DNA of 64,000 nucleotides from Candidatus Omnitrophota bacterium (GTDB lineage: Bacteria; Omnitrophota; Gorgyraeia; Duberdicusellales; 4484-171), in contig JAAEQW010000327.1 of the NCBI GenBank assembly GCA_024231025.1, positions 16,022-80,021 on the forward strand, written 5' to 3'. The notes under the pieces are model-generated. The model searched no databases. It saw only the letters and a list, made by a program, of their open reading frames with translations, and was not told where the DNA came from. The translations under genes were made by a program, and so were the position numbers. Positions within the stretch are counted from its first letter, which is position 1, and each line of letters begins with the position of its first letter. Shown one piece after another: positions 28,530 to 39,600 of the stretch.

Positions 28530-31500
28530 TTAATCACAGAAAGCCAAATCTCTATTTCTTTGGCGTTCAATACTGATAATTTCAAATGTAAACCCGCCGA
28601 AATCGTTAATATCAAATTCGACTGCGTTCGGGATAAAATTATTTATTCCTTCTCCTTGCACATCTATGTTTAATTTATTCGGATTAAAATCGATGCCGCC
28701 GGGGATACCCTTAGAGTGGGCGCCGACTATCCCGGCGGCTTTTGTCGACGCTTTTGAAGACGAGCGGACGTAAATTTCTTTTACCTGCGCCTCATAGGCT
28801 TTTTTGCGCTCAGTCAACTTCTCTTGATCAAAAACTGGCTGATACTCTTCATTGTGAACAACTACTCCGGGCATTGTCCGTAATGAAAATTCTCTTTGCT
28901 TAACTAGCTTAAGACCTAAATCTATATTATCCGGATCATAATTACGAATGATCAATAAGCTTGGCCCGCCTTTAACCGAAAGCTCGTGGTGCTCAAATTC
29001 TCCTCCCTTTGAAGAGAAAAAATCTCCAAGATCTTCATTGTGCTGTAAACTAAGACCTGCTAAATCAACAAATGCCACACCATTAGGTTTTAAAACACGC
29101 TTGATCTCTTCCAACACAAAAACCTTATTCTGAAGATAAGTAGCTACTGCTGGCCCTAAAAATACTACTTCAAATGACCTATCTTTGTAAGGAAGCCCAT
29201 AACTAACATCGGCGGTAATATGGCCTCGCTGCATTTTTTCAACAAACTTGTGCGCTTGCTCTAACGAAAGCTGTCCAACTCCTTTTGTCTCTGCCGCCTG
29301 CTCATCAATAACTGCTTTTAAACTTTCTGCTGAATGAAGATAGTTTTCTTTAGAGATTGCGCTAACGCTATTTAGATGCTTATAACGCGAAAGAAGATCA
29401 TAGACAATTTTTCCTCGGCCAACACCAATACATAAAACATTTTGCGCGCGATTTAAATAGGGCGATATACCAACGGTAATGTCGTTTTGGAAATCTTCAA
29501 TAAAACTATCCAGGCCGCGACCAACATTCTCCTCTCTATAAATTGGTTGCTCAAGTTTTAGAAGCGCCTGGACCCTCTTGATGCCCGGCCGACATCTTTC
29601 AATTAAGGCTTGACCGCGAGAAGTGGATAAATGTTGCTGGGCTGCTTTGTCGTATTCAAAAATAGCTGCACTACCTTCATCGGCATAGGAACCCCTGCGC
29701 ACAATTAATTCAGCAATCCCGTGAGCAATTGTTTGCGCTGATGCGCCGTCATGAACATAAACGATTTTTCTCCTGCGGCCCGTATGTTCCTGATGGCAAA
29801 CTCCTTTTTTATCTTTGTATAAATAACCTCGACCTTCAGTATCAAGAACAATGATCCTAACCTCTCCAATTTCCTCCGTGGAAACAATAATATCCGGTTT
29901 AAGTTTAAGATCATCTTGCGGCAACCAAGAGCTCTTCCCTCCAGCAACTAATTCTCTAAGTTCAATGATTCTTTCCTGATACATCTTACTCTGAACTTCC
30001 GGCCGCTGGGCAATAAGCCTAAAGATCTCTTTATGGAAAGGTGCCTGTTGGGCTATGCCTTGGTCGGAGATGGCGTAGCTTTGTGCCGGCACCAAGATGT
30101 TAGCCTGCTCGATCAAATCGGACCCAGCAGCTGCAAAAGGCATAACTTCTCCAAAATCAGGTATTTTGCGCGCAGCAGGATAGTAAATGATTTTTTCCGT
30201 TGCCACGAGTTCTTTTTTGATTTGAGGGTGTTGGCGCCAGTTGAGCATCCCCTCGATTTCTTCTCGGGAAAAAGTTAAATTGATAAAGCTTTCATCTTCT
30301 TTTAATTCTTCAATACGGTTTTGCCTTTTCGTTACCTCTTGTTTTTGCGGTTGCGCAATTGGAATTGTTAGATCAAAGGTTCGAACTAACAACAGCAAAA
30401 CCAAATCTTCATAGGCCTGGATGAATTTTTTTCGTTCATTTTTATCCTTTATTTTTTCTAAAATTTCTTTTCTGGTTTCCAAATAATTTAAACCGTCTAA
30501 GATTCTCTCGATACTTCCTTTTCTTTGCAACAAAGCATTCACCTGACCGGAAACTAAATTAGCGTGAATTTTTTCCGTTAGCGCCGAAAAGAAACCCGGA
30601 AAAAATGGGCTAGTAATTCCTAATCGTTGTTCAGCAATAAGGTAGATACCAAAATCCGGATCACCGATTTCGTGAGAAACAGAAATATTTTCTTCTTCAT
30701 TTTGATCACGATAAATATTATTTAATTTTTTTATGGCTCGAACTTTAATTTTTCGAACCCCCTCTCGAGTTGAATAAAAATACTCTTTCGCGATTCGAGC
30801 TGAGGGAATTTCGCACTCCTCTTTTGAACCATTAGTGCCAATTTCTTGTAAAACTTGTCTGCTCACACCCTTCCCATAATGCAATTTTAATACCACCCGC
30901 TCCTGAATTGTTAATCTCGCCAAAAGTTTAGATGAATACTGCTGGTTCAATAAAATCTCGTGTATCTCTACCGGAGAAGACACCTTTGGTCTAAACCTCT
31001 CTTTATGGACTACCCCTTTTCTTTCTCCTACTAAAGTCTCAAAAGAAAGAGCGGGAAAAAAACTACGAAACTCTTTTAAGTGCTTAATCTTTTCCTTTAG
31101 GGTAGCGGGAGGGTCCGTGTTAATCTCTTGGGCTATTTCTTCCAAGGTCGGTCGCCGGTAATCGCCACCCTCGCGCAATCGCTGAAGAATCTTTTTCTGC
31201 GCAGCTTCAGTGTCATGACTTAAGCGTCGAAAATGTTCGGGCATTTTCAAGGCATAAAGCGAGCAGTGAAGCAAGAAATTAACCATCTCTTTCTGCATCT
31301 TTATATGGGAGTAGGTCGTAAAAAGAACACCCTTGCGCCAATCAATTTTATCTACTGCGATCGATAAACCTAAATTCGCGGCTGCAATTAACTCCTCTTT
31401 CACGATATGCCTATTTTTACCTTGATCAGCAAAGATTCCCGCTGTTTGAGCTGCCCAGCGTAAATGCCCGCCAACAACGCACTCCTTAATTCTCCCGTAT

Positions 31501-34500
31501 CTAGCCGTGGTCTTTGAGTCAACTTTTTTTCTAATCGCTTCTGCTTCAGACAAAAGTAAAACTTCTTCAGCACGGCTTAACTTAAAATCAGAAAGAAGCG
31601 CTTTTCCTTGCAAATCATATGTCACCTCTGATCGATAGCGACTAAGGATATTCTCTACTTTTTTGTCGCGCTTTTGAAAAAACTCACCACTTACAATAAA
31701 CCGATTATCCCGCTTTCCATCCTCACTGATCTGGCCAAACCCCAAATCCGCCCCTTGCTTGATTTGCCAAAGCGGTTGAAAAACTGCCTCGATTGCTTTT
31801 CTTGGTATTCCTTTGGCACTATTTTTAGCGCAATCCATCATTGAAAATAAACCATTACGAAACAATTCAAGTTCAATCGCAACTTGCGCGGTTAACTCTT
31901 TTTCTTTATCGGCAAGCTTTTCGGCTTTTTCGTGATACGTTTTAATAGCGGCAACGTCTTCTTCTTGGCGAATATACTTGCCCTGGACATCATAGTTTTT
32001 TGCGCGAGCACGGAATTCAGTAATTTCATGAGTAATTTGCGCAGCAGTTACTCCTTCATGAACATAAACACGCCTGCGTTCTCTTCCAAGATGGCCGTGA
32101 TGCTTAGTGTCTTTTTTATCTTTGTATAAATAGCCTTGGCCTTTGGTGTCAAGGATAACAACTTCAACATCGCCAATTTCGGTCGGAATTGTAAAATCAA
32201 TATTGATTGGCAAATCCTGATCCGGTGCAATTCTTTCGTCCCCCTCAACCTTCACCCGTAACTCTTGGATTTTATCTTTCAGCCCTTTGCCTTGCAGTTC
32301 CGGTCGCTGGGCAATAAACTCAAAAATCTCTTTATGGAAAGGTGCCTGTTGGGCGATGCCTTCGGTGGAGATTGCGCCAACTGATTCGATTTTTTGCAAG
32401 TGCAATTGAGGTTGGAAATCAATCGTAGCAAGGGTTTTTGGAAGTTTACCCGGTAACACAATGTTCAGCCTCTGCGCCAAGAACAAGTTAAGCGCTCTGG
32501 CGCGTTCGCGGCGAGCCTCTTTCATTTGTTTTTTTCCATTATAAGAAAAAGAGTCTTTTTTACCATTGAGAAAATCAAATTTCATTGACGCTTCTTGAGC
32601 AGCTTCAAAAACCCTCTCTCGTGATAATAAATCTCTTTCTATCTTATCTTCGATCGCGGCAACTAAAAGAAGAAACGTCGCGCTTTCCATGCAAATATTC
32701 TCCTTGAACGTCTCGATTAAAAATAAATCTATATTTGTGTCAAAACAAAAATTATTCTTGGCAATTGTTTTCATTATTTCTGGTCGATCAAAAGTTAAAA
32801 TCAAATAAGAAAACATATCTTTTTCTTCTTCGGAAAGTGAAATAGCATTAGTTTTTGTTTCCGCACGATATTGCTTCATAAACTGAGGCATTATCATTTT
32901 TATTTCCTCATAATTTATTGCCTGTCTGTCTAGTCCAAAAAGAGACCCGATATCTTCTTGTGTCCATCCTAAAATTCTTAACTTTAAGACTACTCTTCTT
33001 CTGCCTGGCTTTACCCTGGCTAAAACGCGAAACATCTGTCTAGCCCTCTCCCAAAGCATTACATCACCAAAAGGAGACAAATTTCTCGAAGGCACTAAAT
33101 CTTTACGAGTTAGCGCTGTTTCTTCGCTAATTGAAGCGTCTAGCGGAACCGCCGAAGAATACATCTTTTCAACGGCAACAACCTGCTCTGCTGTGACTTT
33201 GCTTTCTTTCGCAACTTGCTCTATTGTTGCTTTTGCACCTAAGCCTTTTCTTGCATTTTTTATGGCATAGATTTTGTCGGTGTGCTTTCTATTAACCGGA
33301 CCGCCTTGTTCATCAAAAGCATTTCTCATTTTTCCATTGGTTGATCGCTTTATAAAACTGGCAAATAGGGCTTCACCGTTTGGGTCAAATTTCTTTTTTC
33401 GCATCACCCGTAATACTTCTAGCTCGCCTACAGCAGCTAGATCATCAATATGAGTTAATTCCAAGTTAATTTTTCGCGCACGCCATATAAGCAATTTTTT
33501 CAGCGAACTAATTACACACGCCTCGATTTCTTTTTTGAGACGATTATCTGCAGTTGAATAATATACAGTAAAAAGAATTTGCTCTTCTTCTCTGTTTAAA
33601 GCTTCTCTAAGATAGGCCTCATTGGGATGATCCGAGGTTTTGCGATCGGCGAGAATTTGTTCGGCTTTCGTGCGCAGGCGCATGTTTCCTTTGCTTTTCT
33701 CATCTGATGCGCCTACTGCACCCCCTGTATGTGCACCTCCAAAATTTTTTGTGCCCGAAGTAGTAGGAAATTTTAAAGTAAATGTAGTCCCTTTGCCAAG
33801 GGCACTTTCGATTTCGATTTTTCCTCCGACATTGTCCATTACCTTTTTAACAAAATAAAGGCCCATCCCTGTGCCGCCAAGGCGCCCGGTAAAACCTTTT
33901 TCAAATAACAAACTATAAATATCTCCGTCGCTTGCCTTTTTGCCTTTGGCTACTATTCTTTGTATTCTTTCTAAAACATCTTTCTCGATTTTATGCACAG
34001 AAACTTCGGACTCGTTATCGGTGGAAATTATTTCTTGGGCTTTCTCTAATATTTTTTCTTTATCAATCCCCACACCAGAGTCGCTTATCCGCACTATCTG
34101 ATGCACTTGCCCAGCTTCGGTTTGGCTCTCAATGGTTACAGCGACTTCTTTAACGTGAGCTGCCTGCTGAGCGTTGATAAACAAATTAAGCATCATAATG
34201 ATAAAGCTATTCGGACTCACCGCAATAATCGATTCTTTGTCGTTATCTTTTTTAAGATTAACCTCTAGTCCAATTCCGGCAACCATCTCAGCTGCCAAGT
34301 CAACTAACGGCGCCAACACTGCATATCCAAGTTGTTTTTGCCTAAGCTCAGAAACAAATTTTCTAAATCGTTTAAGCGAAACAATCGCCTGACGATTTCG
34401 TTTAGTGTTAACAATCTCCCCTCTGGTCAATCCAAGTTCCTTTAAAAATTCTTTCGGCACCCTTTGTTTATATTGTGATGCCCTTTTATGAAGACCAATC

Positions 34501-36434
34501 GCTTCAGACAAAATCTCTTCAATCAAAACAAAAAGCTTTGCGGTTAAATCCCCGCGTTTCTCCAGCGAAGCCGTCTGGGTCAAATTCTGCGTTGCTACCC
34601 ATAATCCGCTAAGCTGCATCCTTTCTTTTACTAGTTGCTTTCCTGCATCATCGTGCTCAAACACTTCGTTGTAATAATCAATTGCCTTAAACACAACCGT
34701 CATCGTGTTTGCAATAAGATGAGTAAAGTCCCGCATTTTTATAAGCTCACTTGAGATATAGCCGCTATTTTCTCTATTCTGTGTTGTTCCTTCTATTTGT
34801 TTAAGAATTTCTCTTTTCACGCGTATGTACCATATTTGCTTTTGAATTTCCTCGGGACGCTCTTTGCTGATCGCTTCTTGTATGTTCCTGAAATTCTCTT
34901 CAAAAAACGGCTGATTGCGCCTAACGATGTCGGCCCTTGATAGATTTCTGATTACACTGCTTTGGCGAGAATAAGCTGAAGTAAAAGTTACAGTTCCAAA
35001 AAAGCTTTCATCGGGTATATTTTCAAGTATAGTTTTTAAGAATACCGACTTGGCAGTTGTTCTGCCAGAAGTCTTTTTCCCCTCGATGTTTAGCGCACCT
35101 AGCTCAGCGGTCATTTTAACTGGTTTTGGCACCTGTTTGTCACCTGAAACAACTTCTACTGTTTCGGCAATTTCACTGGCAAAAAATCCGCCGGAAAAAT
35201 ACTTACGATTAACGTGTTTATTTAGAATTTCGTCAAAATCCCTTCGAATATAGTTGTACACACCTTTTTTGTAGGCCTCTAGGTACTGATTATAAATTTT
35301 TTCTTTTATTTGGGGGTCCGTGCCTTCAATACCTTTGGTTTTGTTTTTACCGATATATATTTTGTCTAATAGGTGTGTGGTTAATTCGTCTTCCGGGGAC
35401 ACGTACCGTTCTCGGCCTTCGGCCTGCGCTTTCGGTACATGTCCCCGTAGGCTGTCAACTGAACGGCGAAGCCGTTGCTTAAACCAGGTTGCAAGAATCA
35501 AGGCATCGTAAATTTGGCGTAGGTAAGCGAACTGTTTACCATTGTTTATTTCCTCTTCGATCATCGGAAGGATAATCTCTTTCGCGATTTGGAATGATAT
35601 ATTGCTAGAGGGCACGGCACGCCGTGCCCCTACGATATTTAAAATAGGGACTGTCCCCTCTTCTGCCAGGGATTGATCTTTGGTCGGCGCCTGTCCCTCC
35701 CCTACGAATTGGTCTATGGTCTCTGGTCTATGGTCTCTGGTCTGATTACGTTGCTGTGCAACGTAATCTTCCTCCATCATCACTTTGAGATGATTATCAC
35801 CCAGAGTTGCCCTATCTCCTTGTTCATACACAATTGCTCTCTCAGGTACAATCCAAATTTTGTTAAAAGTGTTGATCGCAACATTGCTTGTGCCATAAAG
35901 CTGGTACGCTTTGTTGTGCACTTTTTTCCAGAATTGTTTTCCCAATGGGTTATCTGGATAAGTTAAAGAAGCCAGAAGCTGCTTTAGGATGTAGTCTTCC
36001 CCTAGAAGATCTTTACCCATATCAGTTAAACCTAGTCCATGAGCAACAACCGTATCCTTCTCATAAGGCGAAAGGTTAACCCAGAAATCTTCTTCGGGAA
36101 TGGTTAACGCAGATAAAAAGTATTTTATTAACCTTTGGCCCTCTGTTCTCAATTCTTTATCGCTATGGTTTGAATCGCCTTCACTTAATATGAAGTCAAA
36201 TTTGAATGGGTTGTCGGCGTAAAGCTTAATCCCCTTTAAGGATAAAGGGTTATATCTAGCGGTCAAGCCAATCAATTCTGTTGGCGCAGGCATATATGGC
36301 AGTGCTGAGGCATAGCCTGCTGAGTCTTTTGCCAAATAAACCCCAATGGTTGAGGCTATAAAGGCAGCCAGAATAAAGAATGCTACCATCCTAAACGGAG
36401 CACTAGCTCGTTTCTTACATAAATATAGGGTCAT
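28530..36434 (-). CDS. Giant (2634 aa) membrane-anchored multidomain protein. It carries the N-terminal domain shared with two paralogs, two sigma-70-like modules, an HATPase_c domain, an internal 120-aa duplication, and a class I SAM methyltransferase-like domain.
   Basis: N-terminal transmembrane helix. Conserved WVNLSPYEKD domain. FTTYSHIKMQKEMVNFL and FASFIKRSTNGKMRNAF region-2-like segments and HTH region-4-like segments. HATPase G-box GGTGMGLYFVKK (~33750-34150). Methyltransferase motifs VLCIGVGRG and LKPNGVAFV (~28950-29460). Confidence 0.7.
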   Translation of the reverse strand: MTLYLCKKRASAPFRMVAFFILAAFIASTIGVYLAKDSAGYASALPYMPAPTELIGLTARYNPLSLKGIKLYADNPFKFDFILSEGDSNHSDKELRTEGQRLIKYFLSALTIPEEDFWVNLSPYEKDTVVAHGLGLTDMGKDLLGEDYILKQLLASLTYPDNPLGKQFWKKVHNKAYQLYGTSNVAINTFNKIWIVPERAIVYEQGDRATLGDNHLKVMMEEDYVAQQRNQTRDHRPETIDQFVGEGQAPTKDQSLAEEGTVPILNIVGARRAVPSSNISFQIAKEIILPMIEEEINNGKQFAYLRQIYDALILATWFKQRLRRSVDSLRGHVPKAQAEGRERYVSPEDELTTHLLDKIYIGKNKTKGIEGTDPQIKEKIYNQYLEAYKKGVYNYIRRDFDEILNKHVNRKYFSGGFFASEIAETVEVVSGDKQVPKPVKMTAELGALNIEGKKTSGRTTAKSVFLKTILENIPDESFFGTVTFTSAYSRQSSVIRNLSRADIVRRNQPFFEENFRNIQEAISKERPEEIQKQIWYIRVKREILKQIEGTTQNRENSGYISSELIKMRDFTHLIANTMTVVFKAIDYYNEVFEHDDAGKQLVKERMQLSGLWVATQNLTQTASLEKRGDLTAKLFVLIEEILSEAIGLHKRASQYKQRVPKEFLKELGLTRGEIVNTKRNRQAIVSLKRFRKFVSELRQKQLGYAVLAPLVDLAAEMVAGIGLEVNLKKDNDKESIIAVSPNSFIIMMLNLFINAQQAAHVKEVAVTIESQTEAGQVHQIVRISDSGVGIDKEKILEKAQEIISTDNESEVSVHKIEKDVLERIQRIVAKGKKASDGDIYSLLFEKGFTGRLGGTGMGLYFVKKVMDNVGGKIEIESALGKGTTFTLKFPTTSGTKNFGGAHTGGAVGASDEKSKGNMRLRTKAEQILADRKTSDHPNEAYLREALNREEEQILFTVYYSTADNRLKKEIEACVISSLKKLLIWRARKINLELTHIDDLAAVGELEVLRVMRKKKFDPNGEALFASFIKRSTNGKMRNAFDEQGGPVNRKHTDKIYAIKNARKGLGAKATIEQVAKESKVTAEQVVAVEKMYSSAVPLDASISEETALTRKDLVPSRNLSPFGDVMLWERARQMFRVLARVKPGRRRVVLKLRILGWTQEDIGSLFGLDRQAINYEEIKMIMPQFMKQYRAETKTNAISLSEEEKDMFSYLILTFDRPEIMKTIAKNNFCFDTNIDLFLIETFKENICMESATFLLLVAAIEDKIERDLLSRERVFEAAQEASMKFDFLNGKKDSFSYNGKKQMKEARRERARALNLFLAQRLNIVLPGKLPKTLATIDFQPQLHLQKIESVGAISTEGIAQQAPFHKEIFEFIAQRPELQGKGLKDKIQELRVKVEGDERIAPDQDLPINIDFTIPTEIGDVEVVILDTKGQGYLYKDKKDTKHHGHLGRERRRVYVHEGVTAAQITHEITEFRARAKNYDVQGKYIRQEEDVAAIKTYHEKAEKLADKEKELTAQVAIELELFRNGLFSMMDCAKNSAKGIPRKAIEAVFQPLWQIKQGADLGFGQISEDGKRDNRFIVSGEFFQKRDKKVENILSRYRSEVTYDLQGKALLSDFKLSRAEEVLLLSEAEAIRKKVDSKTTARYGRIKECVVGGHLRWAAQTAGIFADQGKNRHIVKEELIAAANLGLSIAVDKIDWRKGVLFTTYSHIKMQKEMVNFLLHCSLYALKMPEHFRRLSHDTEAAQKKILQRLREGGDYRRPTLEEIAQEINTDPPATLKEKIKHLKEFRSFFPALSFETLVGERKGVVHKERFRPKVSSPVEIHEILLNQQYSSKLLARLTIQERVVLKLHYGKGVSRQVLQEIGTNGSKEECEIPSARIAKEYFYSTREGVRKIKVRAIKKLNNIYRDQNEEENISVSHEIGDPDFGIYLIAEQRLGITSPFFPGFFSALTEKIHANLVSGQVNALLQRKGSIERILDGLNYLETRKEILEKIKDKNERKKFIQAYEDLVLLLLVRTFDLTIPIAQPQKQEVTKRQNRIEELKEDESFINLTFSREEIEGMLNWRQHPQIKKELVATEKIIYYPAARKIPDFGEVMPFAAAGSDLIEQANILVPAQSYAISDQGIAQQAPFHKEIFRLIAQRPEVQSKMYQERIIELRELVAGGKSSWLPQDDLKLKPDIIVSTEEIGEVRIIVLDTEGRGYLYKDKKGVCHQEHTGRRRKIVYVHDGASAQTIAHGIAELIVRRGSYADEGSAAIFEYDKAAQQHLSTSRGQALIERCRPGIKRVQALLKLEQPIYREENVGRGLDSFIEDFQNDITVGISPYLNRAQNVLCIGVGRGKIVYDLLSRYKHLNSVSAISKENYLHSAESLKAVIDEQAAETKGVGQLSLEQAHKFVEKMQRGHITADVSYGLPYKDRSFEVVFLGPAVATYLQNKVFVLEEIKRVLKPNGVAFVDLAGLSLQHNEDLGDFFSSKGGEFEHHELSVKGGPSLLIIRNYDPDNIDLGLKLVKQREFSLRTMPGVVVHNEEYQPVFDQEKLTERKKAYEAQVKEIYVRSSSKASTKAAGIVGAHSKGIPGGIDFNPNKLNIDVQGEGINNFIPNAVEFDINDFGGFTFEIISIERQRNRDLAFCD
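29715..30075 (-). repeat. Intragenic duplicated module, copy 2 (GIAQQAPFHKEIF...YLYKDKK...YVHDGA), within the giant gene
   Basis: Protein-level repeat of ~120 aa. The DNA retains a near-identical 50-nt stretch (ctttatggaaaggtgcctgttgggc...) at 30020-30075 and 32328-32385. Confidence 0.7.
32025..32385 (-). repeat. Intragenic duplicated module, copy 1
   Basis: Same ~120-aa module as 29715-30075. Confidence 0.7.
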
Positions 36435-36550
36435 TTTGTCTTACAGCCCGAATAAAGGGCTTTTTTGGCCGGCCACGGTCAGCATGTCATATTAAGGTAT
36501 CACATAAAGATAACATTTTTTTAGACAAAAAACCACCTAATTTCATATTA

Positions 36551-36604
36551 AGGAGACGCTGTCGGCAACCCCTTCCCATGCAAGAACTTATAAAACAAAT
36601 ATTT
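36551..36604 (-). promoter_or_regulatory. Conserved 54-nt leader element upstream of giant gene 1 (aggagacgctgtcg...cttataaaacaaatattt)
   Basis: About 85% identical to 40973-41026, which lies upstream of giant gene 2. It sits 117-170 nt upstream of the start codon. Confidence 0.5.
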
Positions 36605-36685
36605 AATTGGTAAGATACAAAAAGAAAGGCATGAAAACTAATTTACCCATGCACACCGCGTAGGTGTACATGGGTTTTGAGTTAT

Positions 36686-39600
36686 TTAATCTAGTAGCGG
36701 TCTAATTGATTTAATATCACGAATACCGAGAACTTTAATCCCCGCATTATTAAAAAATTCCGGATTAATATTGAAAGTTTTACCCATCCAGTCTTCAGAA
36801 GATCCTGTTACATTTAAAGCATTGTCTAAGCCTTCAATTTTTACACCACCGTGGGCACTGCTAAGACCTGCGGAGCTTCTTCGTGTTGATCCGCCACTAC
36901 CATTATTGAGAAGCCCTGAACCTTGTTTTGTCCCAGAAGGCCCTTGACCTCCACCATTGAAAGGATCACCTGGATCATCATCGCTAGAAAGAACACCGCC
37001 AATTTGATCAGCATCAACCGCAACGAAGCGCGAATCTTTACGCATCGACAGCTCGTGCAGCCGCGCTTCAGCCCTCGCCTGGACCTCGCTGTCCTCCTTG
37101 GCAAAAGCATTTTCTGCAACAATCACTCGCGAAAAATCTGTTCCTAACAGTTCATACAACTCAATTAAAATTGACCCTCGCACGTATGTTCCGTTGGCTT
37201 CCTCTCCAAAGCGCTTTGAGTCCTCCCCAATATCATATCCCAGCACGTGATCATAGCGGCTTTCGGCGTTCATGTCTAGCGCTAAGAATATTCCTTCACA
37301 CCCTAGTGTATCATCCATTGCGTCTTGCAACGCGCTAACAACATCATAAAGTTTAGACCGCTTTGTATTGTCCAGCGCAACTAACGTTTTCTGGGCCGTA
37401 GCAGCCGCAACCTCTAACCCTTTAACTGATGCCTCAACGCTAGAGTAGCCTGCGGCAACCAAAGAAATTTCATTAACTGCCAATCCCGGAAAATCACTCT
37501 GAGCCTGCTGCGGAGAAAGAGCCAAGGTAGTATAGACATTTTGTGCGGCTGGCGAAGCAGAACGCCCTTGCGATAAGTCGCTATTGCCATAGACATATGT
37601 TAAAACCTTTTCCCGCTCCCAAACTGTGGCTTCTATTGTTTGTAGCACCCCCCCTGGTTTAGTAGCTAAATCAATAATTTGATCGGCTCGATTAACTTGA
37701 TCGGCTTGATCGCCTCGATCAGCTTTTTTGTTAGCATAGGTGTACTCACGCAATTCAGGGGCATTACCTGAGGCACGCATATGGAACCGATCGCCATAAC
37801 TGTCCCACATTACGATCCCATCAATAAGATGATCGCCAAAGGCCAAATGAACAATTTCTCCAAAACCCAATCCTGCGTGATAAAAATTTTCCATCTTTTT
37901 GCGTAAATTAATCGCATCAGCAACAAGTTCGTCCTGGTCATCATAAGAAACGGTGGAAGAATCATCTTCTCCCCGTAAGATAACAGTCATTGTTCTGTCG
38001 GCATCATTAAACATAACCTCGGAAACATTGTGACGATGTAAACTATATTCCTCATGAATAAGCTGCCCCGTACGCTTTTCTCCCGGTAAAACTGGTAGTT
38101 CGTGGATCAATCCTGCATTATCTTCGTAATTGTCAAGCTCTCCAACAAAAAATTCTGAAACATTTTTGTTATGTTTTATTGCCTCTAAAAAAATAATCAT
38201 CGGCGTTGGCAGTGCGTCGCGGGTGATTAGTTCATCTAACGGCTGACCATTGGGTAATATTATGTTGGGCCCAATAAAAATCCCGCCGTTAACCTCCTGA
38301 CCAATGACCTTAAGGTTCGGGTTCTTGCGCAACATCCATCGCATTAAATATTTATGGTAGGGTGAACCGACCGAACAGTGTTTCACCACAATACCGTCTT
38401 TTGCTAACTGATCATCAACGTCTTGATTTCCGGTTAGCGATTGGACAACAGCATCCACTTTCAGGGCCCGCGCCACCGGCACGATTGTTACGTCGCCGCG
38501 CCAAAATATGCCATTTTCATCAATCACCATCGAGCGATCACCATCGCCGTCAGCCGAAGTTTCACCCAGCAAAATAACGTCCTCACCGTCAACCCTAATC
38601 ACGGTTTTGCCTTCTACCTCACGAGCACCATAGTCTTTCTTAACCGTGCGCATATCCTTTTTGATGTCAGCCAAATGCTCTTTAGTCATGTTTTCGGTAT
38701 CTAAAGCAATGAAAGAGTTTGATCGGCGACGCCGCTCAATAACTTTCATCCCTAAGGCTCGATAAATATCCACATGCTCTTGAACTGCTACCGTTGAATG
38801 GCCCCAATAAACAACGGCATACCCTTTAAAAGGTTGAGGGTTGTCCGCAGTTGAAAAAGCATCAACAAAGCGCTGAATATAAATTTTCTTAGCCTCATCA
38901 TTAACTTTGATCGCATTAATGTCTACGTTGGCTCCCGGCTTAAATAGGCCCCTAACTCCAAAAATAGAATCCGTCGCCGCCTGCTTGTAAAGAACTTCTC
39001 GTCGGGCTTTAACCGCAGCGATAATACCCTCTTTATCGGAAACGCCATCGTCTTTTTCTTCGGCCTCATTAAGCACCTCACCATCTTTACTATAAAGCTT
39101 TAATCCGTTAAATTTACCTGCCGTGTGACTTCCGGTAATCATGATCCCCGGCAAATTATATTTCTGACAATAGTAGGCCATAATTGGCGTTGATACCTCA
39201 TCTAGAAAATCAACTTCTACCCCTAAATCACGACAAGCAGTGGCTATCGCATTAGCAAACACTGGCGAGCTTCTGCGAAAATCCATAGCTAACACCATCT
39301 TCTGACCGGGAACTATCGCTCCATTATTATCAACCGCTAATTGCGCTTTGCTCACTAGCCAGTCAGAAAAACCACTGGTTATGGCATAAGGCTCAATGTC
39401 CTTCATCACATCTACCAGCCCACGAAAACCACTCGTGCCCATGCCGGTCGGCTTTGGAGTATAGTCCATTTCTTGAAGCAAACAACCGGGAGGATACACT
39501 GCGGGATCAAGCTCCTGATCAGAAAAGCTTTTGCGATCAATCTCAGCGGCTAAAGTAACTCGCTGCACGCGCTGCTCAAAAGGTATTTCTAAGCTTGGAT

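Noticed and set aside
28948-36079. Numerous 60-100-aa plus-strand ORFs inside the giant minus-strand gene (e.g. 28948-29133, 30033-30278, 33640-33858, 35673-35966)
   Set aside because: They lie antisense within a continuous 7.9 kb reading frame that has clear domain content. They have low-complexity translations and no motifs, so they are spurious six-frame calls.
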